DNA of 63,630 nt, the filler included, from Octopus bimaculoides (lineage: Eukaryota): assembly GCF_001194135.2 (NCBI RefSeq). It is 6 parts of 5 records of this genome, joined end to end, with 100 filler letters (N's around TTAATTAATTAA, not from the genome) between each part and the next. Parts side by side here need not be neighbours in the genome. Positions count along the whole stretch, not along the records: positions 1 to 23,076 come from NC_068983.1; positions 23,177 to 25,051 come from NW_026336463.1; positions 25,152 to 27,492 come from NC_068995.1; 3 more parts are not named here. The stretch is one strand, 5' to 3'. Below, in pieces: positions 13,230 through 26,530 of the stretch. How positions within the stretch are numbered: the first letter of the stretch is position 1; every line of letters begins with the position of its first letter. Both the position numbers and the translations under genes were made by a program. The notes beneath the pieces were generated by a model. It had not been told where the DNA came from and did no database searches. It was given only the letters and a program-made list of their open reading frames with translations.

Positions 13230-13444
13230 CTAGGGGTTGCTGAAAACGTCCTAACTTTGGTACAAGAATATACAGGAGGTTCAGTTAATAATGATTTTAT
13301 TCAAGATATTCCCCACTCAGATATACACACCTACTGCAGTAGTCCTTTGGTTTTTCTAAGCCCTGCAAAAGAACTCGGAAATTTGGGCCTGCAACCAGGC
13401 CTTTCGCGACACATTTAAAGCCAGGAACTTTTCAGCAACTCTCG
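13230..13444. mobile_element. Mariner-derived MITE
   Basis: Imperfect TIRs CTAGGGGTTGCTGAAAACGTCCTAACTTT and AAAGCCAGGAACTTTTCAGCAACTCTCG, with TA on both sides. Confidence 0.75.
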
Positions 13445-13784
13445 TAATACATACATGCATGCATACATACATACATACATACATACATACATACATACAT
13501 ACATACATACAAACACGCACAGATATACATGTATGCATACTTACACATAACAAAAAGACAATTTAATCAGAACTACTGAAGGTATCATTTCTTTTTTTAT
13601 ACACAAATGTGCCTGGATTTTCCTATGAAAAGTATAAAATATTGCTTATCCTGTTTTTATTTTTCCTCTAGTGTGTCGTGTTGCCTCTCAGATTGCATTC
13701 GTTTATAACTCCATCATTTCTGACTAATTTTCTGATTATTATCGATATAATTCTCTATACCATTCCAACCAAGAATTTCTGTAC

Positions 13785-13828
<44 letters not shown>

Positions 13829-14057
13829 CTTTCTATATATGCCAAGGCATAGATGCATACATCCATACACACACAAATATAAATATACATATATAGATAG
13901 ATAGATATAGTCTACATTTCCATTAAGATCAGCAAAAATAATACTCCAACAACCAGTGGGAGATAAATATTAGTTAATGGATACAGTATACAATTATGGG
14001 ATCCTAACAGTTTCAGGAATTGGAAATGTATTCTAGGCAAAGTTGAGTGATACGCCG

Positions 14058-14258
14058 TGTGTCTCCAAGCAATCCCTACGCTCTGAGCGCATGGTCTATA
14101 AAATTTAGAAATCAGGACGCTAGAACAAGAGAAATCACGAGAAAAAGAACGAGAAAGGAAAGCGAGAAGAAAGTGGATACTTTTCTCTTGTTCTAGCGTT
14201 CTGAAGTGTAAACTGTATAAATCATGTGCTCAGAGCCTACAGTCTGAATGGAGACACA
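14058..14258. repeat. Degenerate nested inverted repeat (fold-back/MITE-like)
   Basis: Three paired blocks: 10/10 (14058-14067 vs 14249-14258), 12/13 (14081-14093 vs 14223-14235) and 22/23 (14112-14134 vs 14182-14204). Confidence 0.75.
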
Positions 14259-15119
14259 ATTAAAACTTACCTAGACTATATCTCCAATGCATGAAACTAC
14301 TAGTAGCTCGTAACTGTATACCGTGTACTTACATTAAATAATATACACATATACACTAAGATACTCATACACGTTTTATGTCTATATAAATGTATATGTA
14401 TACATACACATACATGTAAACATACATATATGCATACATTTAAAAACAACGAAAATAGTATCTGAATGTCTGAAGATAAATGTTTAGGAAGATCTATTTT
14501 ACTCATGTTGTTTCATGTTAAGTTAGTTACACAACAATACCAAAGATGACAATAGCAATAAATGTCTCATTCCTTAATTTGTTTTTCTTCAAATATTTAT
14601 TCATTGTTATGAGTTTTCGTTTTCATTCTGACATAATACGTACTAACAATGGTAAAATGTGTTGCTACCTTGTTAAGCCAGCTGATGACATGTAGCACTG
14701 TGATAATAGACATTTGCATGGAGCCAACATTTCTCATTGTTCATTAGAAAATGAAATATATTCCTACTTTTGTGTCGAACGTATGATAAGCGTCATAGAC
14801 TTAACAGAAATATGCAATTATAAGACAAAAATTCCAAATACATTATAATTATGGTTGGATAGATTAAAATGTACAATACTGACAGGAGAAATCATAACAC
14901 AAATATAGTCAGAATATTCCTCAATATAGTAATCAAGGATATNNNNNNNNNNNNNNNNNNNNNNNNNNNNNNNNNNNNNNNNNNNNNNNNNNNNNNNNNN
15001 NNNNNNNNNNNNNNNNNNNNNNNNNNNNNNNNNNNNNNNNNNNNNNNNNNNNNNNNNNNNNNNNNNNNNNNNNNNNNNNNNNNNNNNNNNNNNNNNNNNN
15101 NNNNNNNNNNNNNNNNNNN

Positions 15120-15170
<51 letters not shown>

Positions 15171-17369
15171 CACACACATACATATTTATATGCATATATA
15201 TAAATATAAATATAACTAATATATTTGTATGTATGCATGTATGTAAGTATGTATGCACATGTATGTATAAGTGTGTGTGCATATCTATATTTATATTTGT
15301 GTTTTGTGCAAGTGTATGCAAGCGCTTATTTACATTTCCTATTGTGATAATTTTTGACCAGAAAATATGATATTCTAAAAGTTACTTAGTCACACGTATA
15401 TCCATATGAGTTAGGCATTTTCAAAAGTAAGAGTTTCAGTGGTTAAAATATTGTCATCAGCAACGACTCGCATGATTTTACACAAGTTTGATTCAATTAA
15501 CGATTAAAGTAAATTTTTAAGTGTAATAAAATTGTGCAAAATCGTCGTGTTTTTTTTTTCTTTTCTCTTCTTCTTTTTAAATGCTTCTGTGGTTGGATTA
15601 CTGTAGGAGATAAAGGCAGGCGACATTCTAATTTCACATCTAAAACAATTATAAAGTAAAAGCTCAAAATCTATATAGTGAGGTGTGGAAATATTAATAA
15701 ACTTGCTAAAACATGCTGCACGCAAATACAATGTTTGGGATTATTTGATAAATTGCATGGTGGGGTTGTGTGAATTTATTACTTTTTCGAAGAGTATTAA
15801 CTGCGTGAAAATCGAATGGGATTGGAAACCATTTAGCAATCTCTACACGTCGGGAGTGTCACTCTTAGGACAGGTTATAGAATAGTTTGACACGGCAAGT
15901 TGCTGTCAGGAATGAGGAATCTACCATTTTGGGTCTTGACCGTCATTTTGCAAAACGGAAAATAAAGCTATTATCGTTAGGTCCTTGGGAACATATAATA
16001 TATTGTTCTCTATTGCTCACTACCTTACTGTGTTATAATGTACATTTATCTTCAATGAACGCATTAAGATATACGGCAGCTGCCATTTTCCCTTAGAAAT
16101 CCTACAACATAGATTTATATCCCAATCACACAACGAATTCCTTGTGCGTGTTTTAATTAGCTCTAATGCTTGTAACTCAATATCATTGATAGAAATAAAT
16201 GGGATTGTGTTGGATTTCACCGTATTCCGAATACTGACACTCGTCCTAATACAGTAATGTTGAGAAATTCAAAAAGTGCCATTGAATATTCTTTGTTCAA
16301 GATATTTATCTACCAAAAGAAAACGAAGTTAAGTTGTTGATGTGGCAGATACTAAGTTATAACCTTTTGTTTACTGAAATTAAATCCCAGCACCCAAATT
16401 GATTTTGTTGTTCATAGGATTGATAAAATAGTATCAGTCGATTACAATTAATTACTTTATATACAATTAATTAAGTCATCTTCGATCTTCCCAAAGAACT
16501 TGTGTTCTTAGGTCACATTTAAAAATTATAATTTTCAGTAGTTTTTGCTCGACAACATTAATAAAGCATATCTATGATAGAAGGCATTCCAGCTGTGATC
16601 ATATCGTTTTTCTAGGCATAAATGCTTAAATGGAGAGAAATTCGAGACATTAATGAAAAGAATATTACCTTTAAATCTAAAATTCATTATCATTAATCAT
16701 GCTGCTTTTACTAGATTTTCTTTAATATTGATTTTAAGGTGGTTAATGAGAAATATAAGGCTGCAAATGATACGTAATACATTGTGCTCTATGCAAAACT
16801 ACTTTGGGTGGAGGCAATTCAGAAAGGTGAACTGGTAAACGGGGTAATACGAGAAAAAATAAACGCAAGCAGTATGGATCTAGGATATAAAAATACATTA
16901 CTTAACGTTTCCTGTCTTTTCGTAAGAAGATCAGACATAGGAGGAAGATGTGACCTCTATTTTTAGAAAGTAGAAAGACCAATGAGAGTCCCATGTATTG
17001 GCTTGTTATTCACCAACGTTTCTGTAGAATGGTGGACCTTTGCTTGTTATCTCTCTGTGTTGAAATAATAGTAACATACGTGAGCTTATCTATTTGACAG
17101 TACACTTCCCATTCATATATACCTGAACACAGGAATCAGTCAGTCAGACTCTATCTAATTACTCGACTTGTGCAAAAAAGCAGCAGATAAATGTTCTTGA
17201 AACTGCTTTTTTTATTATCTTTAAAAACCGAACAGATTTAATAATGTACTTTTAGATATACAATTACATAAAAAACAACCTGTATTGTTTTGTTTTTCTT
17301 TTTTTTGCTCATACCTCTGCTAGCGTTGATCATAGGTCTTCTCTACCACGGAAAACTGGAAAATAATCA

Positions 17370-17511
17370 ATAATAACAACAACAGTTACAAAACCATCAG
17401 CAACAACATCAGAAACAACAATAACAATAACAAAACCACTCGGAAAAAGAACAACAATAGTAAAAACAACAGCAACAATCATAACAACAACAACAACAAC
17501 AACAACAACAA
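17370..17511. repeat. Degenerate (AAC)n microsatellite
   Basis: Read directly from the sequence. Confidence 0.85.
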
Positions 17512-18280
17512 TAAGTTAATATGATATTACATAAAGTGGTTAGTATTAGTCAGAAAGGAATAATTACCATTTTGCCAATGCTTCAAATTTCTTGGCATTG
17601 TTCTCCTGCTGTTTCCAAACTTATCGCAAGTTTCCTGTTCAGCTAACAATCATTTCCCCATAAGTTATAGCTTGTTCTACATTTTGTTAATACCCCGCCA
17701 GCACTCAAAGATATTACATGAAACTTTTTAGTTTGTTTCTGATAGTTTACGAAAGAGCTGACCTGGAACTCATTATTCTTCTATGTTTCTGTCAATTAAA
17801 TTACGGTGGCTCCTGTTATGCATGGGATACAGTAATTTCTTACAATTTCCATCACCCTAAACTGCAGTCTTTCTGTCTCTGACATTTAAACTTTTTCGCG
17901 TTCTATAAATATTTGTCATTTATTCATTATTTTGTTAATTAATTCAAATATAAATTAGTTTTCCACTTTATTCTTACTGATAAGATGAAAATAAAAGTGA
18001 AATCATTCCAACAGTCACATGGAAACGCATATAAAAAGATAACTTGATGCACATACATCTACACTCTCACAAACACACATATCGACACACTCTTACAAGT
18101 ACACTCACGTATACAAACATTCACATGTACATACTCTCACATACACACACTCTCACATACTCTCACTCAACTAAAGAATGCTTTCTCAGTCATTTCACCT
18201 TAACTACTTCACTGAATCATATGATATTCAACACGCTTCAGTATCAGCGATTCATATACAAACTGATACTTGCTGATTAC

Positions 18281-18368
18281 ACTCCTACATTTCCCGAACT
18301 ACTTACACACAACCCCTCTAACTCACTCTTACATTTCCCGAACTAATTACACACAACCCCTCTAACTC
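18281..18368. repeat. 44-bp tandem duplication (2 copies, 2 mismatches)
   Basis: ACTCCTACATTTCCCGAACTACTTACACACAACCCCTCTAACTC is followed by a near-identical copy. Confidence 0.9.
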
Positions 18369-18467
18369 ATTAACTCGGTTTATAACCAAAGAGTGCAGTG
18401 ATTCGGCACCTAGATCTTGTCGAATTATTTCGATAACCTACAAAAATAAATCATGATTTCTATTACA

Positions 18468-18721
18468 CGCAAGCGTGCCCGAGTGGTAAGAAACTTGCTT
18501 CTCAACCACATGGTTCCGGGTTCAGTCCCACTGCGTGTCACCTTGGGCAAGCGTCTTTTACTATAGCCACGAGCTGACCAAATACTTATGCGTGGATTTG
18601 GTAGACGAAAACTGTAAGAAAGAGGCCTGTCATATATACAGATGTGTGTGTGTGTGTTTGCTCCCCACCACCATCGCTTGACAACCGATGTTGATGTGCT
18701 TACGTCTCTGTAACTTAGCTT
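18468..18721 (+). mobile_element. SINE family A, 3'-truncated
   Basis: Head, microsatellite and start of the 3' half are present. The copy ends where the Gypsy gag relic begins. Confidence 0.85.
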
Positions 18722-18799
18722 TGGTTCTCTGCAATCTCATGCAAGGTGGTGAACCTGGCACTTACAGCACTGGCCTTTACATGCGTTACGGAGGCTCTT

Positions 18800-19290
18800 C
18801 TCTCCTCGTCATTTGTCGATCGCTTCCTCACGCTGTAGGCTTCCACTGTTGCCAGCACCACATTATCCCGCCCAGCATTTTACATCGACTCACGCGCTTG
18901 AGAGCGATGAATTCGCTCATAGAGATTTTGTCGTTGCCTGGCAACTGTTGCAGCCGCACCGATATCTCGTCGGGGAAATTATTCACGAAATCTAGCCACA
19001 CTGCCTTATCCAGGCTTCCGCCTGTAAATCCAGAGAATAAGACCGACCTCCAAATTTCTGCCCATATACATGTCCACTTGCACTCCATTCACTTTGCGTG
19101 TAGCCCTTCTGTAAACGTTTCCTTTAGGCGCCTTTCGAACCTCTCCACATCCAGATGGGCCGCTTCAACCATTTCGAGGTACAACGCCAACGCATTTTCC
19201 TACTAATACATTGACATGAAACCTGCCACATCTTCAATGCCTTAAAGCTTGGCCATCACCTTGATCTTCCGAATTCGGAAAAGGGGTAAA
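18800..19290 (-). mobile_element. Ty3/Gypsy gag relic
   Basis: Frameshifted translation RKIKVMAKL*GIEDVAGF..ENALALYLEM..QVDMY..SGFTGGSLDKAVWLDFVNNFPDEISVRLQQLP resembles gag proteins of invertebrate Gypsy elements (recognised from memory). Confidence 0.65.
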
Positions 19291-19700
19291 AAGTACTCAA
19301 TGGCCGAAATAGCTTGTCGTTTTGGGAATAAACGTAGCTCACCTACTTCGTGAGTTCTATCTTAACGTCTATCTATTCAAGAAGGGATATATCCGTAAGT
19401 ATCCAACTTGCCTTAACCTCTGTCGAGAATCAAACGGAAAATTGCCTGAGTTCATACGACCACCACATCCGGCCCGAGCTACAGATTCGAAGCAAAAGAC
19501 ACTCTTTACGGTCTTGTTCCCAGCTTGAAAAATGGTTATACAAATAAATGTTTCGGCCAGGAAACACTGGTTACCTGTATTTCACATACCAAAATACATG
19601 CTTGCTTAACGTTATCTTTACAGAAATTTTAGCCAGCACAGATGTTTTTCCTACAACATTTCGTATTGAGACGTCAGATGTAAACAAACAAAAAATGGGC

Positions 19701-19755
19701 AATGAGCGTATATGCCATATTTCGTGGGGTTTTGCCCCTTCATCAGTACCCATCT
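19701..19755 (-). ncRNA. Degenerate hammerhead motif (Penelope-like terminus)
   Basis: AGATGGGTA-CTGATGA-AGGGGCAAAACCCCAC-GAAA-TATGGCATA-T-A-CGCTCATT. The core is intact; stem I relies on wobble pairs and stem II is misregistered. Confidence 0.45.
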
Positions 19756-19879
19756 AACCCACTCTTGCCTCCGAACACGTTGCTTATATAGCCACCGCAT
19801 ACAGCAGTGTTAAGTTATTGGCTATACCAATTTACATATCAAACGCATTCTTGGGGCTGTTATGTAAATATTAATGACT

Positions 19880-20063
19880 TGTAGGCACGTGGTATTCTCT
19901 CTCTCAACGACAACAGCTTTTTCTCCTCATTTATTCTCTCTTAAATATACGTTGCTGCAGGGGTTATCTCACCTTTTGATTTTTCTCTTTCTTCCCGCCC
20001 TTTACAAAGATATTGTTACGGACAGACAGACGGAGATCAGTAATATATGATGTATTTTCTACA
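19880..20063 (-). mobile_element. Candidate LTR upstream of the Gypsy gag relic
   Basis: TGTAG...CTACA termini and AATAAA on the minus strand, about 600 bp 5' of gag. No clear PBS or second LTR; the inner boundary could instead be 19863. Confidence 0.4.
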
Positions 20064-21801
20064 GGGTCACTTAACTTGCAAGAAAAATCAGCGAGATCTA
20101 TCTCGAATTGAATACTATCATTTTAGTATCACCTTAAAAAATAAACAATTAAATAAATAATTAAGAACGGGATGACCACAAATAGAATACTTTGATCATA
20201 AGTTCTATTTTAAAACCAAACCTGATTGACCCCAATGAAAATATCACGAATTTGAATTCAGATTTGGATTTTGTCATCATCTCACCCGATGCTGCAAACC
20301 CATCAATATTAATTTATTTAGTAATTATAAATAATTGTGGTTAAGGTGTGTTAAATAAACTTGATTGCAATCTATATTTAGGTACGTATGTATCATTTAC
20401 ATATGAATGCAAACACGCATGCATCTGTATATGCATTTGTGTGTTTGTGTGTATGTGTATGTGTACAAACATACATACACACATGCATACATACTTACAT
20501 ATATATATAAACTTGATTGCATTTTATATATATATATATAAATTTGATTGCATTTTATATTTAGGTATGAATGTATATATGTATTATGTATTTATGCATG
20601 CAAGGACGTATGTATGCATATATTTATAAATGTGACTTGCTACATTTGCGTGTGTGAACGTGCGTGCATTTATTCGTAGGTGTGTGCATGGATTCTAAAT
20701 TTACGACTGAAATAATATGAAAGGGAAAGATGAAATGAAGTGCAATTGTTAGATTAAAGTTCATTGAAGAATGAAGAAAATGGAAGTCTCTTTGACATTT
20801 CAGGCTTGATTTTCATCTATATGTTAAGTAGACAGATGAAAGAAATTTGAAGTAAGGAATAAAATACTGGTGCAACGAAGAAATGCATACAAACACACGC
20901 ATGCGTGCACACGCAAAAATACACACACACACACAGAGTAGAAATTAATTAGAAGTAATTGTGCTATCGTTTCTTCCTTAATGTATATACAGATATAAAA
21001 TGTCTTCAAGTTTTCCTAAGGAAATAAAATGCAATTCTGCTTTTAATTGTTTTTCACGTCACTGTCTTTGTTTGAAAGAGAATGTTCACTGTCTTTTATA
21101 GACCATTGATTGTCAGTTGGTAAGTCATCAACATCATAGAGCAAGTGAAATCTTTAGCTGAGCTAAAATTGTAAGTTTACGAATTGTGTTTTTCAAGAAT
21201 TTCGCATCGGTTTCAGTGAAATATGTTTATGCTTGTTTGCGTCTGTATATTATAATGTGTGGGTTTACGATCGTTTGAGTACATCTGAACGCATGTAAAT
21301 ATTGACCAGGACATATAAAATATTTACACGTAGAGATATATAAGTTAATATATGCATCAATACACACCATACACTCGCATGCACACATGCACAACCATAA
21401 TACACACCATGCAAATACGTACGCGCAAGCGCACGCTATCACACACGAACACACGAACACACACACACACAAACACACATGCACACACGCTCAAGAACAT
21501 AGAAAATACACTTACAGTTATAAACAAGTAGTAAAAGAGGTAAAAGAGAAAGAAAAATGAGATAGGAACAATCGCAAAGAAATCTCTTTTCCTCGAACCT
21601 TTGTGAAGGGGAAAAATAAATAGAGAAAAAACAGCATGGCTACAGTCAGAATGATTGAAAGAAGTAAAGGAATTGAAGAATAGAAATACAGAAAATACAA
21701 GAGAAATACTTGAGAGTAACGCTTTCATCCTACGCCATGGGGACTTATCGAGAAGAAATCTTTTTTATTTTGGTCACATTGTTTTACTTTGAGCAGAATT
21801 A

Positions 21802-22000
21802 CTCTTTTACTTGTTTCAGTCATTTGACTGTAGCCATGCTGGAGCACCGCCTTTAGTCGAGCAAATCAACCACAGGACCTATTCTTTGTGAGCCTAGTAC
21901 TTATTATATCGGTCTCTTTTGCCGAACCGCTTGGTTACGAGGACGTAAACACACTAGCATCGGTTGTCAAGTGATGTTGGGAGGGACAAACACAGACACA

Positions 22001-22060
<60 letters not shown>

Positions 22061-22224
22061 CGACGGGCTTCTTTCAGTTTCCGTCTACCAAATCCACTCA
22101 CAAGGCTTTGGTCGGCCCGAGGCTATAGTAGAAGACACTTGCCCAAGGTGCCACGCAGTGGGACTGAACCCAGAACCATGTGGTTCGTAAGCAAGCTACT
22201 TACCACACAGCAACTCCTACGCCT
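21802..22224 (-). mobile_element. SINE family A, full length
   Basis: Complete head, internal (TA)n/(CA)n tract and 3' half. Confidence 0.92.
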
Positions 22225-22725
22225 ATTATTTAGTTTTGGAGAAAAAGTTTTATGAAATGTCTCCCCACTTCTAAACGATATATTGAAACTTTCATTGTAC
22301 ATCCTCCGGAAAATTCTACGATTTTTTGTCTTATCTGCATATAAATAAACTATATTTCCATTAACTTTGACTTTTCTCATTAATAAACATACTACTCACA
22401 ACACGACCAAGAACTTTTAGTTTTGCATACATATATATGATGCTGTATGCTTGAATTTGTTGTCTTTTGTTTCGCAATCTCGGCTATTTGATAAGGATCC
22501 CAGTCGCATATTGGGTGTTATTTTGTGTGGCCTCAGCTCGATCTTGCTGATGAGTGAAACGAGAAGACAGAAACATGACGAGCTCCAACGGAGGGAATGT
22601 CACTGTAATTCAAAGGTATAACATTTTCACGTTATATCCTTTGTGAGCATTCCACAGACACTCTCAAAATGTCGAGTTATTACCACCTTTTAATACAGTA
22701 CATGCACTCGCACACATACACATGC

Positions 22726-22956
22726 GGCGGCGAACTGGCAGAAACGTTAGCACGCCGGGCGAAATGCTTAGCGGTATTTCGTCTGCCGCTACGTTCTGAG
22801 TTCAAATTCCGCCGAGGTCGACTTTGCCTTTCATCCTTTCGGGGTCGATCAAATAAGTACCAGTTACGCACTGGGGTCGGTATAATCGACTTAATCCGTT
22901 TGTCTGTCCTTGTTTGTCCCCTCTGTGTGTAGCCCCTTGTGGGTAGTAAAGAAATA
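22726..22956 (+). mobile_element. tRNA-derived SINE family B, full length
   Basis: GGCGGCGAACTGGCAGAAACG (A-box-like), GAGTTCAAATTCC (B box), then GTCGACTTTGCCTTTCATCCTTTCGGGGTCGAT. The latter resembles the Meta-SINE central domain as I recall it (unverified). Confidence 0.92.
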
Positions 22957-23020
22957 ACACATACAAATACAGTTAAAATTTATTTCTCTGCAAATTATTC
23001 CCTTCAAAGAAAAAAGAAAG

Positions 23021-23076
23021 TCCCAACCACATGGTTCTGGGTTCAATCAAAATGCGTGGCACCTTGGGGAAGTGTC
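23021..23076 (+). mobile_element. SINE family A head fragment running into a gap
   Basis: CCCAACCACATGGTTCTGGGTTCA...GCGTGGCACCTTGGG. Confidence 0.75.
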
Positions 23077-25151
23077 NNNNNNNNNNNNNNNNNNNNNNNN
23101 NNNNNNNNNNNNNNNNNNNNTTAATTAATTAANNNNNNNNNNNNNNNNNNNNNNNNNNNNNNNNNNNNNNNNNNNNAAAAATATCAATGTGTAGCTAGTA
23201 GATAAAGATTAAAGTTCTTGGCAAATTACATCATCAATTGAGGCTATTTTCAATCCAAAATACTTTTTGAAAGCAAGTATGAATAATTTGCATGTTATGC
23301 TTAAGAAGTTACTTTTACCTTTGTATTAACGTTCTTTTAGTCAGACGCAAAAAATTACGAGTGCTATAACTGATGTATAATATTCTAACCAATCTATCTT
23401 TAATGCATATTAACCCACACTCCTCATTTAAGGACAGTTGTATTNNNNNNNNNNNNNNNNNNNNNNNNNNNNNNNNNNNNNNNNNNNNNNNNNNNNNNNN
23501 NNNNNNNNNNNNNNNNNNNNNNNNNNNNNNNNNNNNNNNNNNNNNNNNNNNNNNNNNNNNNNNNNNNNNNNNNNNNNNNNNNNNNNNNNNNNNNNNNNNN
23601 NNNNNNNNNNNNNNNNNNNNNNNNNNNNNNNNNNNNNNNNNNNNNNNNNNNNNNNNNNNNNNNNNNNNNNNNNNNNNNNNNNNNNNNNNNNNNNNNNNNN
23701 NNNNNNNNNNNNNNNNNNNNNNNNNNNNNNNNNNNNNNNNNNNNNNNNNNNNNNNNNNNNNNNNNNNNNNNNNNNNNNNNNNNNNNNNNNNNNNNNNNNN
23801 NNNNNNNNNNNNNNNNNNNNNNNNNNNNNNNNNNNNNNNNNNNNNNNNNNNNNNNNNNNNNNNNNNNNNNNNNNNNNNNNNNNNNNNNNNNNNNNNNNNN
23901 NNNNNNNNNNNNNNNNNNNNNNNNNNNNNNNNNNNNNNNNNNNNNNNNNNNNNNNNNNNNNNNNNNNNNNNNNNNNNNNNNNNNNNNNNNNNNNNNNNNN
24001 NNNNNNNNNNNNNNNNNNNNNNNNNNNNNNNNNNNNNNNNNNNNNNNNNNNNNNNNNNNNNNNNNNNNNNNNNNNNNNNNNNNNNNNNNNNNNNNNNNNN
24101 NNNNNNNNNNNNNNNNNNNNNNNNNNNNNNNNNNNNNNNNNNNNNNNNNNTTAAAGGTCTATATTACCAGTCGTTTTATAACATGTCATTTCAAATTAAC
24201 AGCTGTTCTGGTATGCAATACTTTCACGTGCTCCAGATCATGAATTATTAACAATGCAAATTAAAATGTTCAGGGAAGTTCTTCAGTTTCATAACTTCCT
24301 GCACAATACAACTATAATGTGTTCTTATAAAGTATATCCTTTTCAAAGAAATGAAATAGTTCAATTGGAAGTGATATACTAATGATTCAAACCCGTTGTT
24401 GAAGTAATTTTGTATATTAAGGTAGCAAACCTCAACCTAATTTATCATCAACTTAATGCCATAGAATGCACATTAATTTTACAACTGATTGGTAACACTC
24501 TTACAAACTAAGGTGAGGTGGTTGTGACTTAGACTGCAGAGTAGATGTTAACTTGGTTTTTCTAAGAGTTTCAAATACCAGCACTATCAGGTACTGTAAG
24601 GTTTACGTAAAAAATAGTATATAATTTTAATAATATTAAGTGATAATAGTTTAGTCGTTAGAGGCCATGAAATGGCAGTCTATATGTTGATGTTTTTATC
24701 TTTATCGTCAACAGTTTCATACTATCTAGCGAATACATTATATGATTTAGTTCATTTAGATGTAAAATGATACCTTCAAGTTGTGTTGGTTGTTACATGA
24801 GCTTGAGTAAAGGTATTAAACGTGCTTTTCCAGAGGTCACCTAAAATGTTAAATTTATCGAAGATCTTGTTAATAGAAAATCATACTGAAGTTCCAAAGC
24901 CAGGATTTTGCATATTTTCGTATAAATATATTTTAATGTAATATAAGAATCATTTGTATTTTCTTTTATCATTTAGTCCCACCTATCATCGATCCAGTTT
25001 TCTTAAAACCAGGTAAGTTTTCACCATATGAATCTCTGGTGTTTTCCTTTTNNNNNNNNNNNNNNNNNNNNNNNNNNNNNNNNNNNNNNNNNNNNTTAAT
25101 TAATTAANNNNNNNNNNNNNNNNNNNNNNNNNNNNNNNNNNNNNNNNNNNN

Positions 25152-25243
<92 letters not shown>

Positions 25244-26362
25244 TGGCTGTATTTCACTTGAGTTTTAATTATAATTTAAATGAATGAATAATTAATTTGC
25301 TACGTAATTGCTTGACTTTGTGAAAGTACTTTCATCCCAGCCTTTGACCTTATCGATGGCGTTGTGTGCCCCCTACATGTTCTCCGCGCTATCTCATCCA
25401 TGTGTGCCTGTAAATGTATATACATCCATGCACAGACATACATATACATGCACATACGTAGTACATAAGAACATACACACATACATATACACACACACGC
25501 ATTCATATACGTACACACATACACTAGATATTATGCAAAACTAGAAATAGCCCTTCAAGACAATTCATTTCGTTGCCAGAGAAATAGGAAAGATAAGGAG
25601 AGGGAATTATGGAAAATCTTAAAAGAATATTACAATATAAGGTTAACGTCCGCGTTTCTTTTTCTTAAGAGCCATTGTTGCATCTGGCGGCATCAGAATT
25701 TTTAGTCCTTCCGTTTATTGTGGTTGTTGATGCTTTGAGACATGAGAACACACAGACATATGGATTCAATTATATACACACGCGCACGAGCATGTATGTG
25801 TATATATATATACACAGTTTCAATTATAGTTTATATATANNNNNNNNNNNNNNNNNNNNNNNNNNNNNNNNNNNNNNNNNNNNNNNNNNNNNNNNNNNNN
25901 NNNNNNNNNNNNNNNNNNNNNNNNNNNNNNNNNNNNNNNNNNNNNNNNNNNNNNNNNNNNNNNNNNNNNNNNATATATATATAACACGTTCGAGCGTAAA
26001 CACACATTAATTTATACACAAACATAGAAACACGTACAATTATACATACAAACACGTTTGTGTGGATGTATACGCTTATTCAGAAATGCTTTTACACAAC
26101 CGAATTCTCTCGCGCTCTCGCGTACACACACACGCACACACACACATTCTGTCAAAGAAGATGATGGCTGTTTGGGGGAAAAAAAATTCAATCAATTATT
26201 AAAATCCGGAACGATCTCTGCCGATAGTCGAATATTTTCCGTCTCGTATTCTCCTCAATGTCCTTCAAACGGTGAGAGTTTCATGAACCAAATACGTTAG
26301 TTACATTGACTTGTTCTATATTGTTTCAAATTTTAGCAGAATACCAACAATTTTAGGAAGAA

Positions 26363-26530
26363 GTCAATTACTTCAACCTCGGTACTGGACTGGTACTTTA
26401 TTTAATCGCCCCGTAAAGACGAAAGGTAAAGTTGACCTCGGCAAGATATGAACTCAGGACGTAAAGAGCCGGAAGAAATCTCGCTAAGCGCTTTGTTCGG
26501 CGCGCTAGCCATTCTGGCTGCTCGCCGCCC
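26363..26530 (-). mobile_element. SINE family B, diverged
   Basis: The reverse complement aligns by eye to 22726-22880. Confidence 0.75.

Noticed and set aside
22547-22590. CTGATGA...GAAA hammerhead-like core on the plus strand
   Set aside because: Stem II is only 2 bp and no stem I partner exists in either type I or type III topology.
23121-23132. Palindromic TTAATTAATTAA inside gaps (also 25096-25107, 27537-27548, 40441-40452, 45637-45648)
   Set aside because: Each is flanked by exactly 44 N on both sides (100 bp in total) and has stops in all six frames. It is an assembly spacer, not biology.
24977-25012. 36-nt plus-strand candidate exon (tttag / CAG-gtaagt; PPIIDPVFLKP)
   Set aside because: The splice signals are good, but such a match is expected by chance in this much AT-rich DNA, and no partner exons or homology were found.
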